Positions 45,220 to 59,494 are shown, numbered from the stretch's first letter. The stretch is 64,000 nt of DNA from Cycas panzhihuaensis (GCA_023213395.1 CM041465.1:140747741-140811740); one strand, 5' to 3'. Made by a program: numbers and translations. The notes: generated by a model from the letters alone, not told the origin.

Positions 45220-47429
45220 TTCCCCCTTAATATTTAATGTCTTTACATCTTAGTCTTTATCTTCATGTCTTCAAGTATTCATCCCTTCGTCTTTATCCTA
45301 TATGCTATATCCTATAATATATATCAATATCTATATATTATATTTATTTGTTATATCATCCATTGACTTATTCCCTACAAGTATTAATTTGTATACCTAT
45401 GTATAAACTTATAAAAACATATATATATTTATTTGTAGACCTTAGTAACTAATAGTAAACAACCAACCTATAAATATCAACTATCAACATCAACATCAAC
45501 ATTAACATATATGAAGTAATTTCTTGAATATCTTTATATCTTCACTTATATAGTTACTTTTAATCATTATTTTGTCAATTAATTATCAAATAAACAAACA
45601 AATAAGGTGATTTTTTAGTCCATATAAAATAATAACTATCTATCAAAATATATGGGTGACTAGCCTTTATAATCACTAGTTCTCTAGGTAATTATTTCAA
45701 ATGCATAGTTCATTAGCTTTTAAATTGCTTGTATAAGAGTAGCATAATCATACCTCTTACATATGAGTTAGAACAACATAATCAAGTGTGTTATACAAGA
45801 GTATCTTGCGGAACCTATACTTGTTTCTTATGAATAAGATTCCTTATTTGCACACTTTAATAGCTTTCCTTTAGCATCCATTAATCATTTTATTAACTTG
45901 TCATCTCAAAAATAACTAACTCTAGGAATAAGCTAAACTACTTAGCTAAGACAAGTTAGATGTAATAAAGAAGCATCAATAATATGCTTTTGTATCTCTT
46001 GTCATACATGGTTAGTCAAATTTCTCACTAAAAAATACTTTCTTCTTTCATCTTTTAGCTAGACTACCTAAACAATTGATTATTAGCTAGATCATATCGA
46101 TAGCTAATTTGGTATTCTAATTAAATAATCACTTAAGACTTCTCCTTGTCTGATTAATAGGTAGAATACTTAATCTCTCCTTAACTCTCCATCAATGATC
46201 AAACTGGGTACGTTAATTAAATACTAGATAGTGTCATCAATGATCAAATAGATGTAATTATCATTCATAAAAAAATATTAAAAAACTAGATGATTTTTAT
46301 CATTTAAATAGTGGAGCTCTTCACTAAACCAAATGTGTATATTCCAAGGGAAAATTTTCATGTCCAATATATTAATAAATTTTAAAATGATAAATTCATA
46401 AAATGCTTCCCATTTCATATTTTTTTCAATTAATTTTGAGCCTTTAAATATCATTAATGAGCTTTAAAATGATCGCTTTTAAATGAAACTTTCCTTTTCT
46501 TGCTTCATTAATAAAAATAACTTTACCATCATATTTGAAACCTTTGAAAACATCAAAATATAGTTTTTTTAAATGGTTATAGAATGTAATTTTTATGAGG
46601 TTTTAAGTACTTTTATTAAATTTACTATTTATTTTCTTTGTCTTCTGTAATCTAAAATATGTTATGCAATACTCATTTTGACCATCTCGAAGTTCTCTTC
46701 CCAACACAACTAATTCCACTTGAATCTAATATACCAATGAGAAGTTATACTAAAAAAAGTACCATTTATCCTAAAAATGTGTGATCCTTAATAAATTAGT
46801 AATAGACTTTAAAAAATAATCAAATTTCGTATGTAACTTTTATAGAATAAAAAAATCTAATTTAGTTTAATCATTTTGAAGTCTACCCATATTAAACCTT
46901 AGCCCTTGATCACATAAGCTCTCCATGTGACTTCCTACTAACAAATCTTAGGGTTGATCCAGATTTCAAAAAATGTAAAAAATAATTAAAATTTTAATCG
47001 CACTTATAATTTTTTTTATGAATTTGATATACATGGAAAACCCAACGTGGGAAAAGTTGCATAAGAAGGTGTAGTTAAGAGCTCCTCTTAATGATTAGAA
47101 TAATTATATCTCTAGGTCTTTGACCTTTCTCAAGTTCTCAAATGGTGTGTATATATTTATATTGATATTCACCTCATGAGTAGCCTATAGTGTCTCTTGA
47201 GCCTTTACATCATCCAGTAGCATAATCTTGGATATGTGTGTATCTCACATATATTAATGTGTGTGAATTGTGGGATTATATATGTGTCATCTCACTAATA
47301 TTAAATATTACATATGTGATAAATCACATATTCTAATAACTCCAATATAGTACAAATATTAAGGGTAGGCTCATAACCCAAAGTTATAAGCCTAAAATAA
47401 ATAATAATATTTAATAGTCTCCCTTAATA

Positions 47430-48290
47430 TTTATTTCATTTTTCTTGACACCTAAACCATCCCTAAGAGTCTAGAATCCATTATATGCTAATTGTTTAGT
47501 AAAAATATTAACCAATTATTCTTTTATCAACATGTATATTATCTCAAGTACCCCTTTTTGGATTAATACTTGAATAAAGTAATGGTACACCTCAATATTC
47601 TTGGTGCAAGTGTATAATATATGATATGTTATAATCTTTAAATTACTTTGATTATCACAATATAAGATAGTTAACTCTAATTATTATAGTACTATGTTCT
47701 CTAGAATCTATTATAATTAAATGGATTTGGTAACTAATATAACTACAACTTTGTACCCTACTTCAGTAGAGGATAAAATTATATTTGATTATTTTTTTTT
47801 ACTCCATATAATGGTAGCTAAATTAAAACTAAAATAATATCTAAAAGTTAATATTTTATTATCTATGTAACTAACCCAATTAGGATATATTGATTCTATC
47901 AACTTGAAACTATCAATATACTAGAATTTAAGTCTATAGGGAATCATCCCTTTCAAGTATTTAAGGATCCTCTTTATAACATTCTAGTGACTTTATTTTG
48001 ACACTACCATAAACTTAGATACCATTCCAATTGTAAAAGATATATTAGGTTTGGTAGTAATTAAATATATTAGACTTCCCACTAGTTATCTATACAATGT
48101 TGAATCAACATCTAGTTCATCATCTTTCACTATCAATATGGAAGCTAGTTCCATGAGGTTAGTCATAGGTTTATAGTCAAGTGTACTTTACCTATGAGAT
48201 GAAAATATGCTCAGGTCTTTGACATACTTCCACTCTAAGAAAGTTGTACTCCTTAAATCTATCATCTCAAAGTAATCAAATTTCATATGT
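47430..48290 (-). pseudogene. Decayed copia RT C-terminus/RNase H fragment in array unit 1 (also 50715-51572, 54000-54515+59715-60058, 62483-63338)
   Basis: FEMIDL...YKPMTNLMEL..DVDSTLYR*LVGSLIYLITTKPNISF; LSSTEVGYKVVV; YCDNQS..CTKNIEVYHYFI. The same lesions occur in all units. Confidence 0.9.
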
Positions 48291-50136
48291 TATTTTTACA
48301 GAATAAAAAAATCTAATTTAGTTTAATCATTTTGAAGTCCACCCATATTAAACCTTAGCCCTTGATCACATAAGCTCCCCTTGTGACTTCCTACTTACAA
48401 ATCTTAGGGTTGATCTAGATTTCAAAAAATATCAAAAATAATTAAAATTTTAATCGCGCTTATAATTTTTTTTATGAATTAAAATAATCCTTTCAAAATA
48501 TTTATTTATATAAATCTTTAAACTATACTTGTTAAGTCTCAATTATTTAATCTGTGGATTATATGCATGCAAATTCCTTCTTTGTGGATGTATGTGATGA
48601 TAGGGTCATGGCATTTTCTCTGTACATCTTCCTCCTTTCATATAGTTGGGGATTGATTTCTGGTATGGTAAGGGTTTTGCATAGAAATAGTTTTTCATGC
48701 ATACGGGATTTCATAGATAACAAGTGGCAGTTCTATATTCTTTATCATAGGGTTGAGCACCAATCGACCTAAATTATGATGTGACCAATCAATTATCAAG
48801 GAGTAGCATACCCCAAGGCAAAAGGGAAGAATATAGTTTGGGCATGTTCTTTGATGTGTTTGGTGGATATAGACAATCTTTGTATGTAATTGTGTGGATT
48901 TATCCATGGTAGTAGTGGTGGAATATTGGAAATACAAGCAATAAGAATCCATTACAATTTGTAGCATGATTATGTCCTTTCTTGTCCCCTTAAGTTGAAT
49001 CAGATGCATTTTCTTTAAATGAAAAATAAAGAAACTAACATTTTTCTAAAACTTCTAGAACTTAAAAAATCTTTCAGGACTAACATTTTATTCAAAATAT
49101 TAGAACATTAGAGTAAGTTAAGATTGGAGCTTTTCATTGATCCTAATGATGGGTGACTACAAAATTAGTTTAATCCTTTGTGTCCTTTAGGACTAGATTT
49201 ACATAGGCTCCATACGTAATGTACAACTAGATTCCTTAGAGATATTAGATTCTATGGGAGACATAATGGAGGAGCAAATGTATGTGAAATATAAAGAGGA
49301 GCTTATTTTGAATTATCATAGATTAAAGAGTTTCACATGCATACATAATCCTCCTCATGCATAAACTTTATTCATCATGTACATATAATAACACATTTTT
49401 AAAACCTTAACTAGAATATGCATGTATCATGCTCATATATCATTAAACAATATCTACTTTTTAATCATATGCCCTTTAATAATAATGCCCTCATATATGT
49501 TATTTTCATTACTTTACCACTATAATACTATTAAGTCATCATAAACATCACGTGCCACTATAATATTCTAATTTCATACCATTCAACAATATGGCCACAT
49601 AAACATCTGATGTTATATACCTATCTATTTGTTGTAAAAAACTATCTCATACTTGTCAACTTACTACTTTTTATACTATACAAGCTTGTTCCCTATTTTT
49701 ATCTCACTCATGGAGTACTAAATTCATTGTGATAATGAATCTCTAATGTGATACACTTATAAAGCCTTTACTAATGAATGAAATATTATATTTGGTGGAC
49801 TACCTTGAATGCCTACATGTACTAGTATATGGATCCAACATGCGTAAATAAATAATCCATAATAAATTAATATATTATAGTATACCATCAATTTACCTAT
49901 TTCATCTTGTATATGTAGATCCATCTTCATCTTATTCATCACTTATTTGGACCTTGGACCTGGTCACGTGTCACTGAAAAAATACTTGTATATTTAAACT
50001 TCTAGCTCATTAAAATCACCTCATATTTAGCCCTTATACTAGCTCATATACTTGCTCTATTTCATTACCTCATTTTAGATTATCAGATTAACTCAATAAG
50101 CTTCTTCCTATTACATAAGATCTTTTAACTAACATG

Positions 50137-50202
50137 GCTCTAATACCATGTTAGAAATTACTTTGATGCTATGTTAAAAAATATAATTATACTCTAATAC
50201 TA
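50137..50202 (-). promoter_or_regulatory. Three stacked tRNA-Met PBS-like motifs at the LTR U5 end (repeated in each unit)
   Basis: GCTCTAATACCA (50137-48), ACTTTGATGCTA (50160-71) and ACTCTAATACTA (50191-202), each followed by a TGTTAG/TATGAG-type LTR end. The consensus GCTCTGATACCA is the reverse complement of TGGTATCAGAGC. Confidence 0.75.
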
Positions 50203-53200
50203 TATGAGAAATATAGAATAACATAATATAATATAGGATGTAAGTATAATGGTAGAATTAACTCATGAGCAATGCATGCATGTAAAGAATCAACATAAAT
50301 TAATAATAGATTTATACATGGAAAACACAACGTGGGAAAAGTTGCATAAGAAGGTGTAGTTAAGAGCTCCTCTTAATGATTAGAATAATTATATCTCTAG
50401 GTCTTTGACCTTTCTCAAGTTCTCAAATGGTGTGTATATATTTATATTGATATTCACCTCATGAGTAGCCTATAGTGTCTCTTGAGCCTTTACATCATCC
50501 AGTAGCATAATCTTGGATATGTGTGTATCTCACATATATTAATGTGTGTGAATTGTGGGATTATATATGTGTCATCTCACTAATATTAAATATTACATAT
50601 GTGATAAATCACATATTCTAATAACTCTAATATAGTACAAATATTAAGGGTAGGCTCATAACCCAAAGTTATAAGCCTAAAATAAATATTAATATTTAAT
50701 AGTCTCCCTTAATATTTATTTCATTTTTCTTGACACCTAAACCATCCCTAAGAGTCTAGAATCTATTATATGCTAATTGTTTAGTAAAAATATTAACCAA
50801 TTATTCTTTTATCAGCATGTATATTATCTCAAGTACCCTTTTTTGGATTAATACTTGAATAAAGTAATGGTACACCTCAATATTCTTGGTGCAAGTGTAT
50901 AATATATGATATGTTACAATCTTTAAATTACTTTGATTATCATAATATAAGATAGTTGACTCTAATTATTATAGTACTATGTTCTCTAGAATCTATTATA
51001 ATTAGATGGATTTGGTAACTAATATAACTACAACTTTGTACCCTACTTCAGTAGAGGATAAAATTATATTTGATTATTTTTTTTTACTCCATATAATGGT
51101 AGCTAAATTAAAACTAAAATAATATCTAGAAGTTAATATTTTATTATCTATGTAACTAACCCAATTAGGATATATGGATTCTATCAACTTGAAACTATCA
51201 ATATACTAGAATTTAAGGCTATAGGGAATCATCCCTTTCAAGTATTTAAGGATCCTCTTTATAACATTCTAGTGACTTTATTTTGACACTACCATAAACT
51301 TAGATACCATTCCAATTGTAAAAGATATATTAGGTTTGGTAGTAATTAAATATATTAGACTTCCCACTAGTTATCTATATAATGTTGAATCAACATCTAG
51401 TTCATCATCTTTCACTATCAATATGGAAGCTAGTTCCATGAGGTTAGTCATAGGTTTATAGTCAAGTGTACTTTACCTATGAGATGAAAATATGCTCAGG
51501 TCTTTGACATACTTCCACTCTAAGAAAGTTGTACTCCTTAAATCTATCATCTCAAAGTAATCAAATTTCATATGTTATTTTTACAGAATAAAAAAATCTA
51601 ATTTAGTTTAATCATTTTGAAGTCCCCATATTAAACCTTAGCCCTTGATCACATAAGCTCTCCATGTGACTTCCTACTTACAAATCTTAGGGTTGATCCA
51701 GATTTCAAAAAATATCAAAAATAATTAAAATTTTAATCGCGCTTATAATTTTTTTTATGAATTTAAATAATCCTTTCAAAATATTTATTTATATAAATCT
51801 TTAAACTATACTTGTTAAGTCTCGATTATTCAATCTGTGGATTGTATGCATGCAAATTCCTTCTTTGTGGATGTATGTGATGATAGGGTCATGGCATTTT
51901 CTTTGTACATCTTCCTCCTTTCATATAGTTGGGGATTGATTTCTGGTATGGTAAGGGTTTTGCATAGAAATAGTTTTTCACGCATACGGGATTTTATAGA
52001 TAATAAGTGGTAGTTCTATGTTCTTTATCATAGGGTTGAGCACCAATCGACCTAAATGATGATGTGACCAATCAATTATCAAGGAGTAGCATACCCCAAG
52101 GCAAAAGGGAAGAATATAGTTTGGGCATGTTCTTTGATGTGTTTGGTGGATATAAACAATCTTTGTATATAATGGTGTGGATTTATCCATGGTAGTAGTG
52201 GTGGAACATTGGAAATACAAGCAATAAGAATCCATTACAATTTGTAGCATGATTATGTCCTTTCTTGTCCCCTTAAGTTGAATCAGATGCATTTTCTTTA
52301 AATGAAAAATAAAGAAACCAACATTTTTCTAAAACTTCTAGAACTTAAAAAATCTTTCAGGACTAACATTTTATTCAAAATATTAGAACATTAGAGTAAG
52401 TTAAGATTGGAGCTTTTCATTGATCCTAATGATGGGTGACTACAAAATTAGTTTAATCTTTTGTGTCCTTTAGGACTAGATTTGCATAGCCTCCATACGT
52501 AATGTACAACTAGATTCCTTGGAGATATTAGATTCTATGGGAGACATAATGGAGGAGCAAATGTATGTGAAATATAAAGAGGAGCTTATTTTGAATTATC
52601 ATAGATTAAAGAGTTTCACATGCATACATAATCCTCCTCATGCGTAAACTTTATTCATCATGTACATATAATAACACATTTTTAAAACCTTAACTAGAAT
52701 ATGCATGTATCATGCTCATATATCATTAAACAATATCTACTTTTTAATCATATGCCCTTTAATAATAATGCCCTCATATATGTTATTTTCATTACTTTAC
52801 CACTATAATACTATTAAGTCATCATAAACATCACGTGCCACTATAATATTCTCATTTCATACCATTCAACAATATGGCCACATAAACATCTCATGTTATA
52901 TACCTATCTATTTGTTGTAAAAAACTATCTCATACTTGTCAACTTACTACTTTTTATACTATACAAGCTTGTTCCCTATTTTTATCTCACTCATGGAGTA
53001 CTGAATTCATTGTGGTAATGAATCTCTGATGTGATACACTTACAGAAGCCTTTACTAATGAATGAAATATTATATTTGGTGGACTACCTTGAATGCCTAC
53101 ATGCACTAGTATATAGATCCAACATGTGTAAATAAATTATCCATAATAAATTAATATATTATAGTATACCATCAATTTATCTATTTCATCTTGGATATGT

Positions 53201-54515
53201 AGATCCATCTTCATCTCATTCATCACTTATTTGGACCTTGGACCTGGTCACATGTCACTAAAAAAATACTTGTATATTTAAACTTCTAGCTCATTAAAAT
53301 CACCTTATATTTAGCTCTTATACTAGCTCATATACTTGCTCTATTTCATTACCTCATTTTAGATTATCATATTAACTCAATAAGCTTCTTCCTATTACAT
53401 AAGATCTTTTAACTAACATGGATCTAATACCATGTTAGAAATTACTTTGATGCTATGTTAAAAAATATAATTATACTCTAATACTATATGAGAAATATAG
53501 AATAACATAATAGAATATAGGATGTAAGTATAATGGTAGAATAAACTCATGAGCAATGCATGCATGCAAAGAATCAACATAAATTAATAATAGATTTATA
53601 CATGGAAAACCCAATGTGGGAAAAGCTGCATAAGAAGGTGCAGTTAAGAGCTCCTCTTAATGATTAGAATAATTATATCTCTAGGTCTTTGACCTTTCTC
53701 AAGTTCTCAAATGGTGTGTATATATTTATATTGATATTCACCTCATGAGTAGCCTATAGTGTCTCTTGAGCCTTTACATCATCCAGTAGCATAATCTTGG
53801 ATATGCATGTATCTCACATATCTTAATGTGTGTGAATGGTGGGATTATGTATGTGTCATCTCACTAATATTAAACATTACATATGTGATAAATCACATAT
53901 TCTAATAACTCTAATATAGTACAAATATTAAGGGTAGGCTCATAACCCAAAGTTATAAGCCTAAAATAAATATTAATATTTAATAGTCTCCCTTAATATT
54001 TATTTCATTTTTCTTGACACCTAAACCATCCCTAAGAGTCTAGAATCTATTATATGCTAATTGTTTAGTAAAAATATTAACTAATTATTCTTTTATCAGC
54101 ATGTATATTATCTCAAGTACCCCTTTTTGGATTAATACTTGAATAAAGTAATGGTACACCTCAATATTCTTGGTGCAAGTGTATAATATATGATATGTTA
54201 CAATCTTTAAATTACTTTGATTATCACAATATAAGATAGTTGACTCTAATTATTATAGTACTATGTTCTCTAGAATCTATTATAATTAAATGGATTTGGT
54301 AACTAATATAACTACAACTTTGTACCCTACTTCAGTAGAGGATAAAATTATATTTGATTATTTTTTTTTACTCCATATAATGGTAGCTAAATGAAAACTA
54401 AAATAATATCTAGAAGTTAATATTTTATTATCTATGTAACTAACCCAATTAGGATATATGGATTCTATCAACTTGAAACTATCAATATACTAGAATTTAA
54501 GTCTATAGTGAATCA

Positions 54516-54735
54516 TGTTGAAAAAACATAGATCAGAAACAAACAGAGAAAGGAATGAGATGATTTTCTATTGAGATTCAATTTACTTAAGTATACAAGA
54601 GTCATGAGTTGGTTACAACCACTAGTGTAACCAATCATTTAGATATTGCCTAGTGGCATGATCTCATGAGAGCATTTAAGGGTTGGTCTAACATGACCCC
54701 CTTTTCTGTCCTAGATAAAACATTATATCTTAACA
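54516..54735 (-). repeat. 3' LTR of the young copia
   Basis: TGTTG...TAACA, next to the PPT. Confidence 0.97.
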
Positions 54736-54742
54736 CCCCCTC

Positions 54743-56001
54743 TTAATGTTTTATCTCTAAAAGTCTAATCTTGTCTCTCAAATATCTAAGTCTTTCTCTC
54801 CCAAGAGGTTTTGTCAGAAGATCTGCAACTTGTTCAGATGTCGGACAGTATTCCAAGTCTATTTCTTTGTTTTGCACTTTTTCTCGTATAAAGTGATGAT
54901 GGACTTCAATATGTTTTGTTCTTGCATGCAGAATTGGATTTTTGGTAAGCTTGATGGCACTTTGGTTGTCACACTTTAGAGAAGTTGCTTCTTTCTGCTG
55001 TTGATTTAAATCAAGCAAGAGTTGTCTTAACCAGATGGCTTCATAGGTCTTGATGTGGTCGCTTTATATTCTCGCTCAGAGGAGAGAGCCACTGTGGCTT
55101 ATTTTTTACTGCACCATGAGATTGCTGAATCTCCCAAGAAAAAATAAAAACCACTTGTGGATTTCCTTTGTTCTTTGTTGCCTGCCCAGTTTGAATCGCA
55201 GTATCCAGTGATTTTGATTGGATGCCCCTTTGAATATACTAACTTGAGATCTGTTGTTCCTTTGAGATATCTCAGAATTCTTTTCCGCTTGCCGGTGTCT
55301 CAACTTTGGATTCTCGTGATATACCTTGATATTAGCCCTACCGAGTAGGATATGCTCAGTCCGGTGGTCATTAGGTAGATCAGACTTCCAATCATTTGTC
55401 TGTACAGAGTAGCATCAGCATCTTTTTCCATACTATCTACTGTTAGATTGCAATTTATCTCCATGGGGGTGGTGCATGGATTGTAGTTTTCCATCTAAAA
55501 TCGAACAAGAAGACTTTTGATGTAGTTACTTTGGGACAAAGTTACATAGTTTTGGTGTTGACCTATTTCCAGTCCCAAGTAATAATTTAGTGAACCTAAA
55601 TCTGTCATTTCAAACTTTTGCTGAAGTTGATTTCTGATCCACTTGATTCCTTCTACATCATTCCCAGTAAGCAGCATATCATCCACATAAACAACAATTA
55701 TTGTTATCTTATTGTTTGTTTTCCTTATGTACAGACTGGAATTTGAACTACACCAAATGAACTTATTTTCTTCAAGAAAGTGATCTAGTTTTACATACCA
55801 GGCATGCAGTGCTTGTTTTAGACCATACAAGGCCTTTTTCAATTTACAGATTAGTTTTTCTTTTCCCTATTCTGCGTATCCATCTGGTTGTTCCATATAA
55901 ACCTCTTCTTCCAGTTCACCGTTTAGGAAGGCACTTTTTACGTCCATCTGAGAGATTCCCCAACCTTGGGCAGTAGCTAAGGCTATTCATCCTTCTTGTG
56001 T
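54743..56001 (-). pseudogene. pol: Copia RT and RNase H (stops and frameshifts)
   Basis: KKALYGLKQA; VYVDDMLLTG; FEMTDLG; YRQMIGSLIYL; CDNQSAIKLTKNPILHARTKHIEVHHHFIRE..QVADLLTKPL. Confidence 0.93.
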
Positions 56002-57471
56002 TCATTTTTGCCATCGGAGAAAAGTCTCATCATAATCTATACCTGCAGTTTGAGTATATCCTTTTGCAACTAACCTTGCCTTGTGTTTTTCAATTTGGCC
56101 ATCAACTCCTTTCTTTGTTTTGTAGATCCATTTGCAGTTTACAGTAGATTTATTAGCAGGTAGTTCTACTAATTCCCATGTTTGATTTTTCTTGATTGAA
56201 TTTATTTCATTGTCCATTGCTTCTCTCCATTCTAGATGATCTTTTGCTTCATCAAAATTCTGTGGTTCAACCTTGCTTAGGAGAGCTCTTGTCCTTTGCC
56301 CTCGAGTTTTATGTTTCAATATATTTCCTTCTTCAATAGTTTTGATGTACCACTTCGGCAGCTTTTTTTGCTTCTGTGGATTTTCTTTTTCGATGATGTC
56401 TCCCTGATCAGTTGGTGATGATGGTCCTTCCTGACCTGTTGTTGATGACGAATTGGCTTGTCCTTCTTCTAGCTCATTTTCTTCTCCAGTTTCTTGATTT
56501 TCTGAAGTAATTCCCGATTGACCTTCTTCCTCATCTTCCTGCATTATTCTATGTCCGACAGCTCCCAATTTCTTTTCGCTTTCTATTATTTTGATCTGTG
56601 AGGATTCTTCTGAGCTATCTTCATTAAACACAACGTCTCTACTTACATAGATTCTATTTGTTCTAGGATCTATGCACTTATATGCCTTTGAGTTTTTACT
56701 ATATCCTATCAAAACACATTCTATACTTTTTGCATCTAATTTGGACCTCTTTTTATCAGGAATATGCACAAATGCTTGACTACCAAAAACCTTGAGAAAA
56801 CTTACATCGGGTTTCAAACCTATCCATGCTTCTTCTGGAGTGACGTTCTTCAGTATCATGGTTGGACTTCTGTTTATCAAGTAGCATGTTGTCTTGACCG
56901 CTCGCCCAAGATGTCTTTGATATCTTTGTTCCATACATCTTGCTTCGAGCCATCTCCATCAAGGTTCTATTCTTTCTTTCAGCTACTCCATTTGACTGAG
57001 GAGTATATGGAGTTAATTCCTCCTCAGATTTGCAATAATTTAGAAACTCATTCGACATATATTCTCCTCCTCCATCTAACCTGATACACTTGATTTTCAT
57101 TCCTGATTCTAGCTCAACTTCAACCTTAAATTCTTTAAATGTTTCAAAGACTTCAGACTTATTATGTAAAAAATATACCCAAATTTTTTGAGTAAAATCA
57201 TCAATGAAAGTTAAGAAATATCTGCATCTGTTCATTGACAGTGGTGAAATAGGGCCACAAATATCTGTGTATCAGATCTAATTTAGACTGAGATTTCCAA
57301 ATGCTTTCTTTAAAAGGAAACTTATGCTGTTTTCTGAGTTGACAACCTTTACAAACAAATGTATCTGAAGAGATATTAGGTAAACCATTTACCATTTCTG
57401 ACTTTTCCATTTGTTTAAGTGTGTCAATTGGGAGATGTCCATACCTTAAATGCCATACTTTATTATCAGAT
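56002..57471 (-). pseudogene. pol: Copia integrase and RT N-terminus (several frameshifts)
   Basis: WHLRYGHL..CKGCQLRKQH; YFLTFIDDF..IRLDGGGEY..PYTPQSNGVAERKNRTL; KLDAKS..SRDVVFNE; KARLVAKGYTQ. Confidence 0.92.
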
Positions 57472-57897
57472 TTAAGAGCAGTACAAGCTTTTTCTTCCAA
57501 ATAAGGAAGTACAGATTTGATGAAGTTTGTAGAGATCATTGCATCTGATCCCTTTTCCAACAATTTTTCCATCTTTTTTCATATCCAGGATGTGGCAATT
57601 CCCTTCTTCATCAAAAATGGTCCTCAGTCCCTTTTTGCTCAGTTGAGAGACTGAAAGAAGATTCATCTTCAGGTCTGGTACATAGAGAACATTTCCAATT
57701 TTTCTTTCATTTCCATTCAGTTTTACTGAAATGGTTCCAATCCCTTTGATGTTAAGGGAGTACTTGTCACCCAGCTCCACGGACTTGTCCATATTGTATG
57801 GACTTATGGTTTGAAACAAGTCTTTCCAACTTGTCATGTGTTTAGAGGCTCCTGAATCTATGTACCAAATGTCTTTGTCTTTCATTCCCGTAACCAA
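57472..57897 (-). pseudogene. pol: Copia aspartic protease fragment
   Basis: WYIDSGASKHMT...NVLYVPDLKMNLLSVSQL. Confidence 0.9.
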
Positions 57898-58089
57898 TGT
57901 TGTGATGAAGGCAGTCTCCTCTTCTTCTTCTTCTTCTTCTTCATCTTTTTCTTTGCTGTATCCGCCGATAGGTCTTTTCCCTTTGTAGATTTCATTTCGT
58001 CTTTGAGGACACTGATAAGGATAGTGTCCACTCTGTCCGCAGTAGCAGCATATGTCGAAGACCCTGCAATTATTGGCGAAGTGTCCAGT

Positions 58090-58851
58090 TCATCCACAGT
58101 TGTAGCATATTCTATTTTCTCTGCTGCGTCCTCGTCCTCTGGAATTTGACCAGCGTCCTCGACCTCTGGAATCTGACATTCTGTTTGGTGTACGAAATTG
58201 TTGTCTTCCTCTTTGCCTGAGATTCAATCTGGATGCAAAAGTATCTTCTAGCTCTGTCATACTTTCGTATCTTTTGTTTCTCTGCTCCTGTCTCAATAGC
58301 AGTCCTGTCAATTCATCAAGAGTTAATTTATCTAACCTATCACTATCTGTGATAGTGTTAACAATGGTATCAAAAGATTTGGGCAGCCTTGCTGTTACTA
58401 TTTCTACAAGGTATTGTTTAGATATCATTCCTCCAGCACTCAGAAGATTATTTCTCACAGTGATGATTTTATGCATAAATTCTTCCACTACTTCGTTTTC
58501 TTTCATATGGAGTTTGTACAACTCTTCTTTGAGTGTGATTATCCTTGCTTTATTCTTTTGACCATATAGGTTTTCTAAACATTTCCAGATTTCAGAAGTC
58601 TGGTTCAATTTTTCAACATAGACAAGTACAGAGTCTGAAATAGACATTTTTAGGGTGAGACTACCCATGTTATTCCTTTCAATCCAGCTCTTTAATTTGT
58701 CATCACCAGCAGGAGGATGGGTTTCTTTTCCTTCAGCAATTTCCCAGGCATCTTTCATCCTCAAAATGGTCTCCATTTTGATTTTCCACATATGGTAATT
58801 GGAACTGGTCAGTTTTTCAGGTTCAGACAGAGTAATGAGGGAGGAAGACAT
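58090..58851 (-). CDS. gag: Copia Gag (UBN2-type, ends at the zinc knuckle; frameshifted from pol)
   Basis: EKLTSSNYHMWKIKMETIL...IWKCLENLY...LPKSFDTIV...RGRGR...ICYNCG. Confidence 0.9.
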   Translation of the reverse strand: MSSSLITLSEPEKLTSSNYHMWKIKMETILRMKDAWEIAEGKETHPPAGDDKLKSWIERNNMGSLTLKMSISDSVLVYVEKLNQTSEIWKCLENLYGQKNKARIITLKEELYKLHMKENEVVEEFMHKIITVRNNLLSAGGMISKQYLVEIVTARLPKSFDTIVNTITDSDRLDKLTLDELTGLLLRQEQRNKRYESMTELEDTFASRLNLRQRGRQQFRTPNRMSDSRGRGRWSNSRGRGRSRENRICYNCG

Positions 58852-59494
58852 GATTTTCGAGTTGAAGGACCTGATTTAGGGCTACTCCGTATAGCTATAT
58901 GGATTTCCGTACAAACCCTAGGTGTATGGCCAAAAATGAAGTGTACCTCAAAATGTAGGTTTTCAAGTCACCTATGAGGATCTGAAGTCAGATTTTCGAA
59001 ACTGCTTTCCAAATGAGAGAAATCGGCTCCAGAAGGAAAAATGGCTTAGGCGTAAATTCAAATTTTGAGAAAAAACACTGGAAAATCTCAAAATAAACCT
59101 TTGATTTTGGATGCAAATCAAACGTATTTATAGTGTGAAGGATTTCAGACCAGAAATACTTGGATTTTTTTGAAAATCAAAGAGATTTTTGCTCTGGTTT
59201 CTCCAAAACGCATGGACCGGGTTAGGGTCTGATTTGGGCTTGAAAACGGCCTCAAAATGCTTCACTCCAGAAGAGAGATGTGTTCGGCGTGCTTCGATCT
59301 ACCTCCTTGCAAAATTTCGTCTCGATCTGACACTATTGGAAAAATGACATCCGTACAGGTCCGCATGCCCGCACAATTCCGCACGATGGAGAATTTATGA
59401 TGTTGATCGATAAATCTTCCTCCAACACTTGATAGAATTGATGCATGTAAGAATTCTTCTCAAGAGATGTCGCTTGAGTACCGCCTCGATACCA

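Noticed and set aside
48695-49009. 104-aa ORF repeated at 51978-52292
   Set aside because: Conserved only because the units are recent duplicates; disrupted in unit 3 and carries no known motif.
51860-52060. Helitron Rep-like motif (PNYMKGGRCTKKMP*PY ~ SPCMK.GKCTK.YPRPF) on minus
   Set aside because: The flanking HGPCG and QKRGLPHAH motifs are missing; too short to call without an HMM search.
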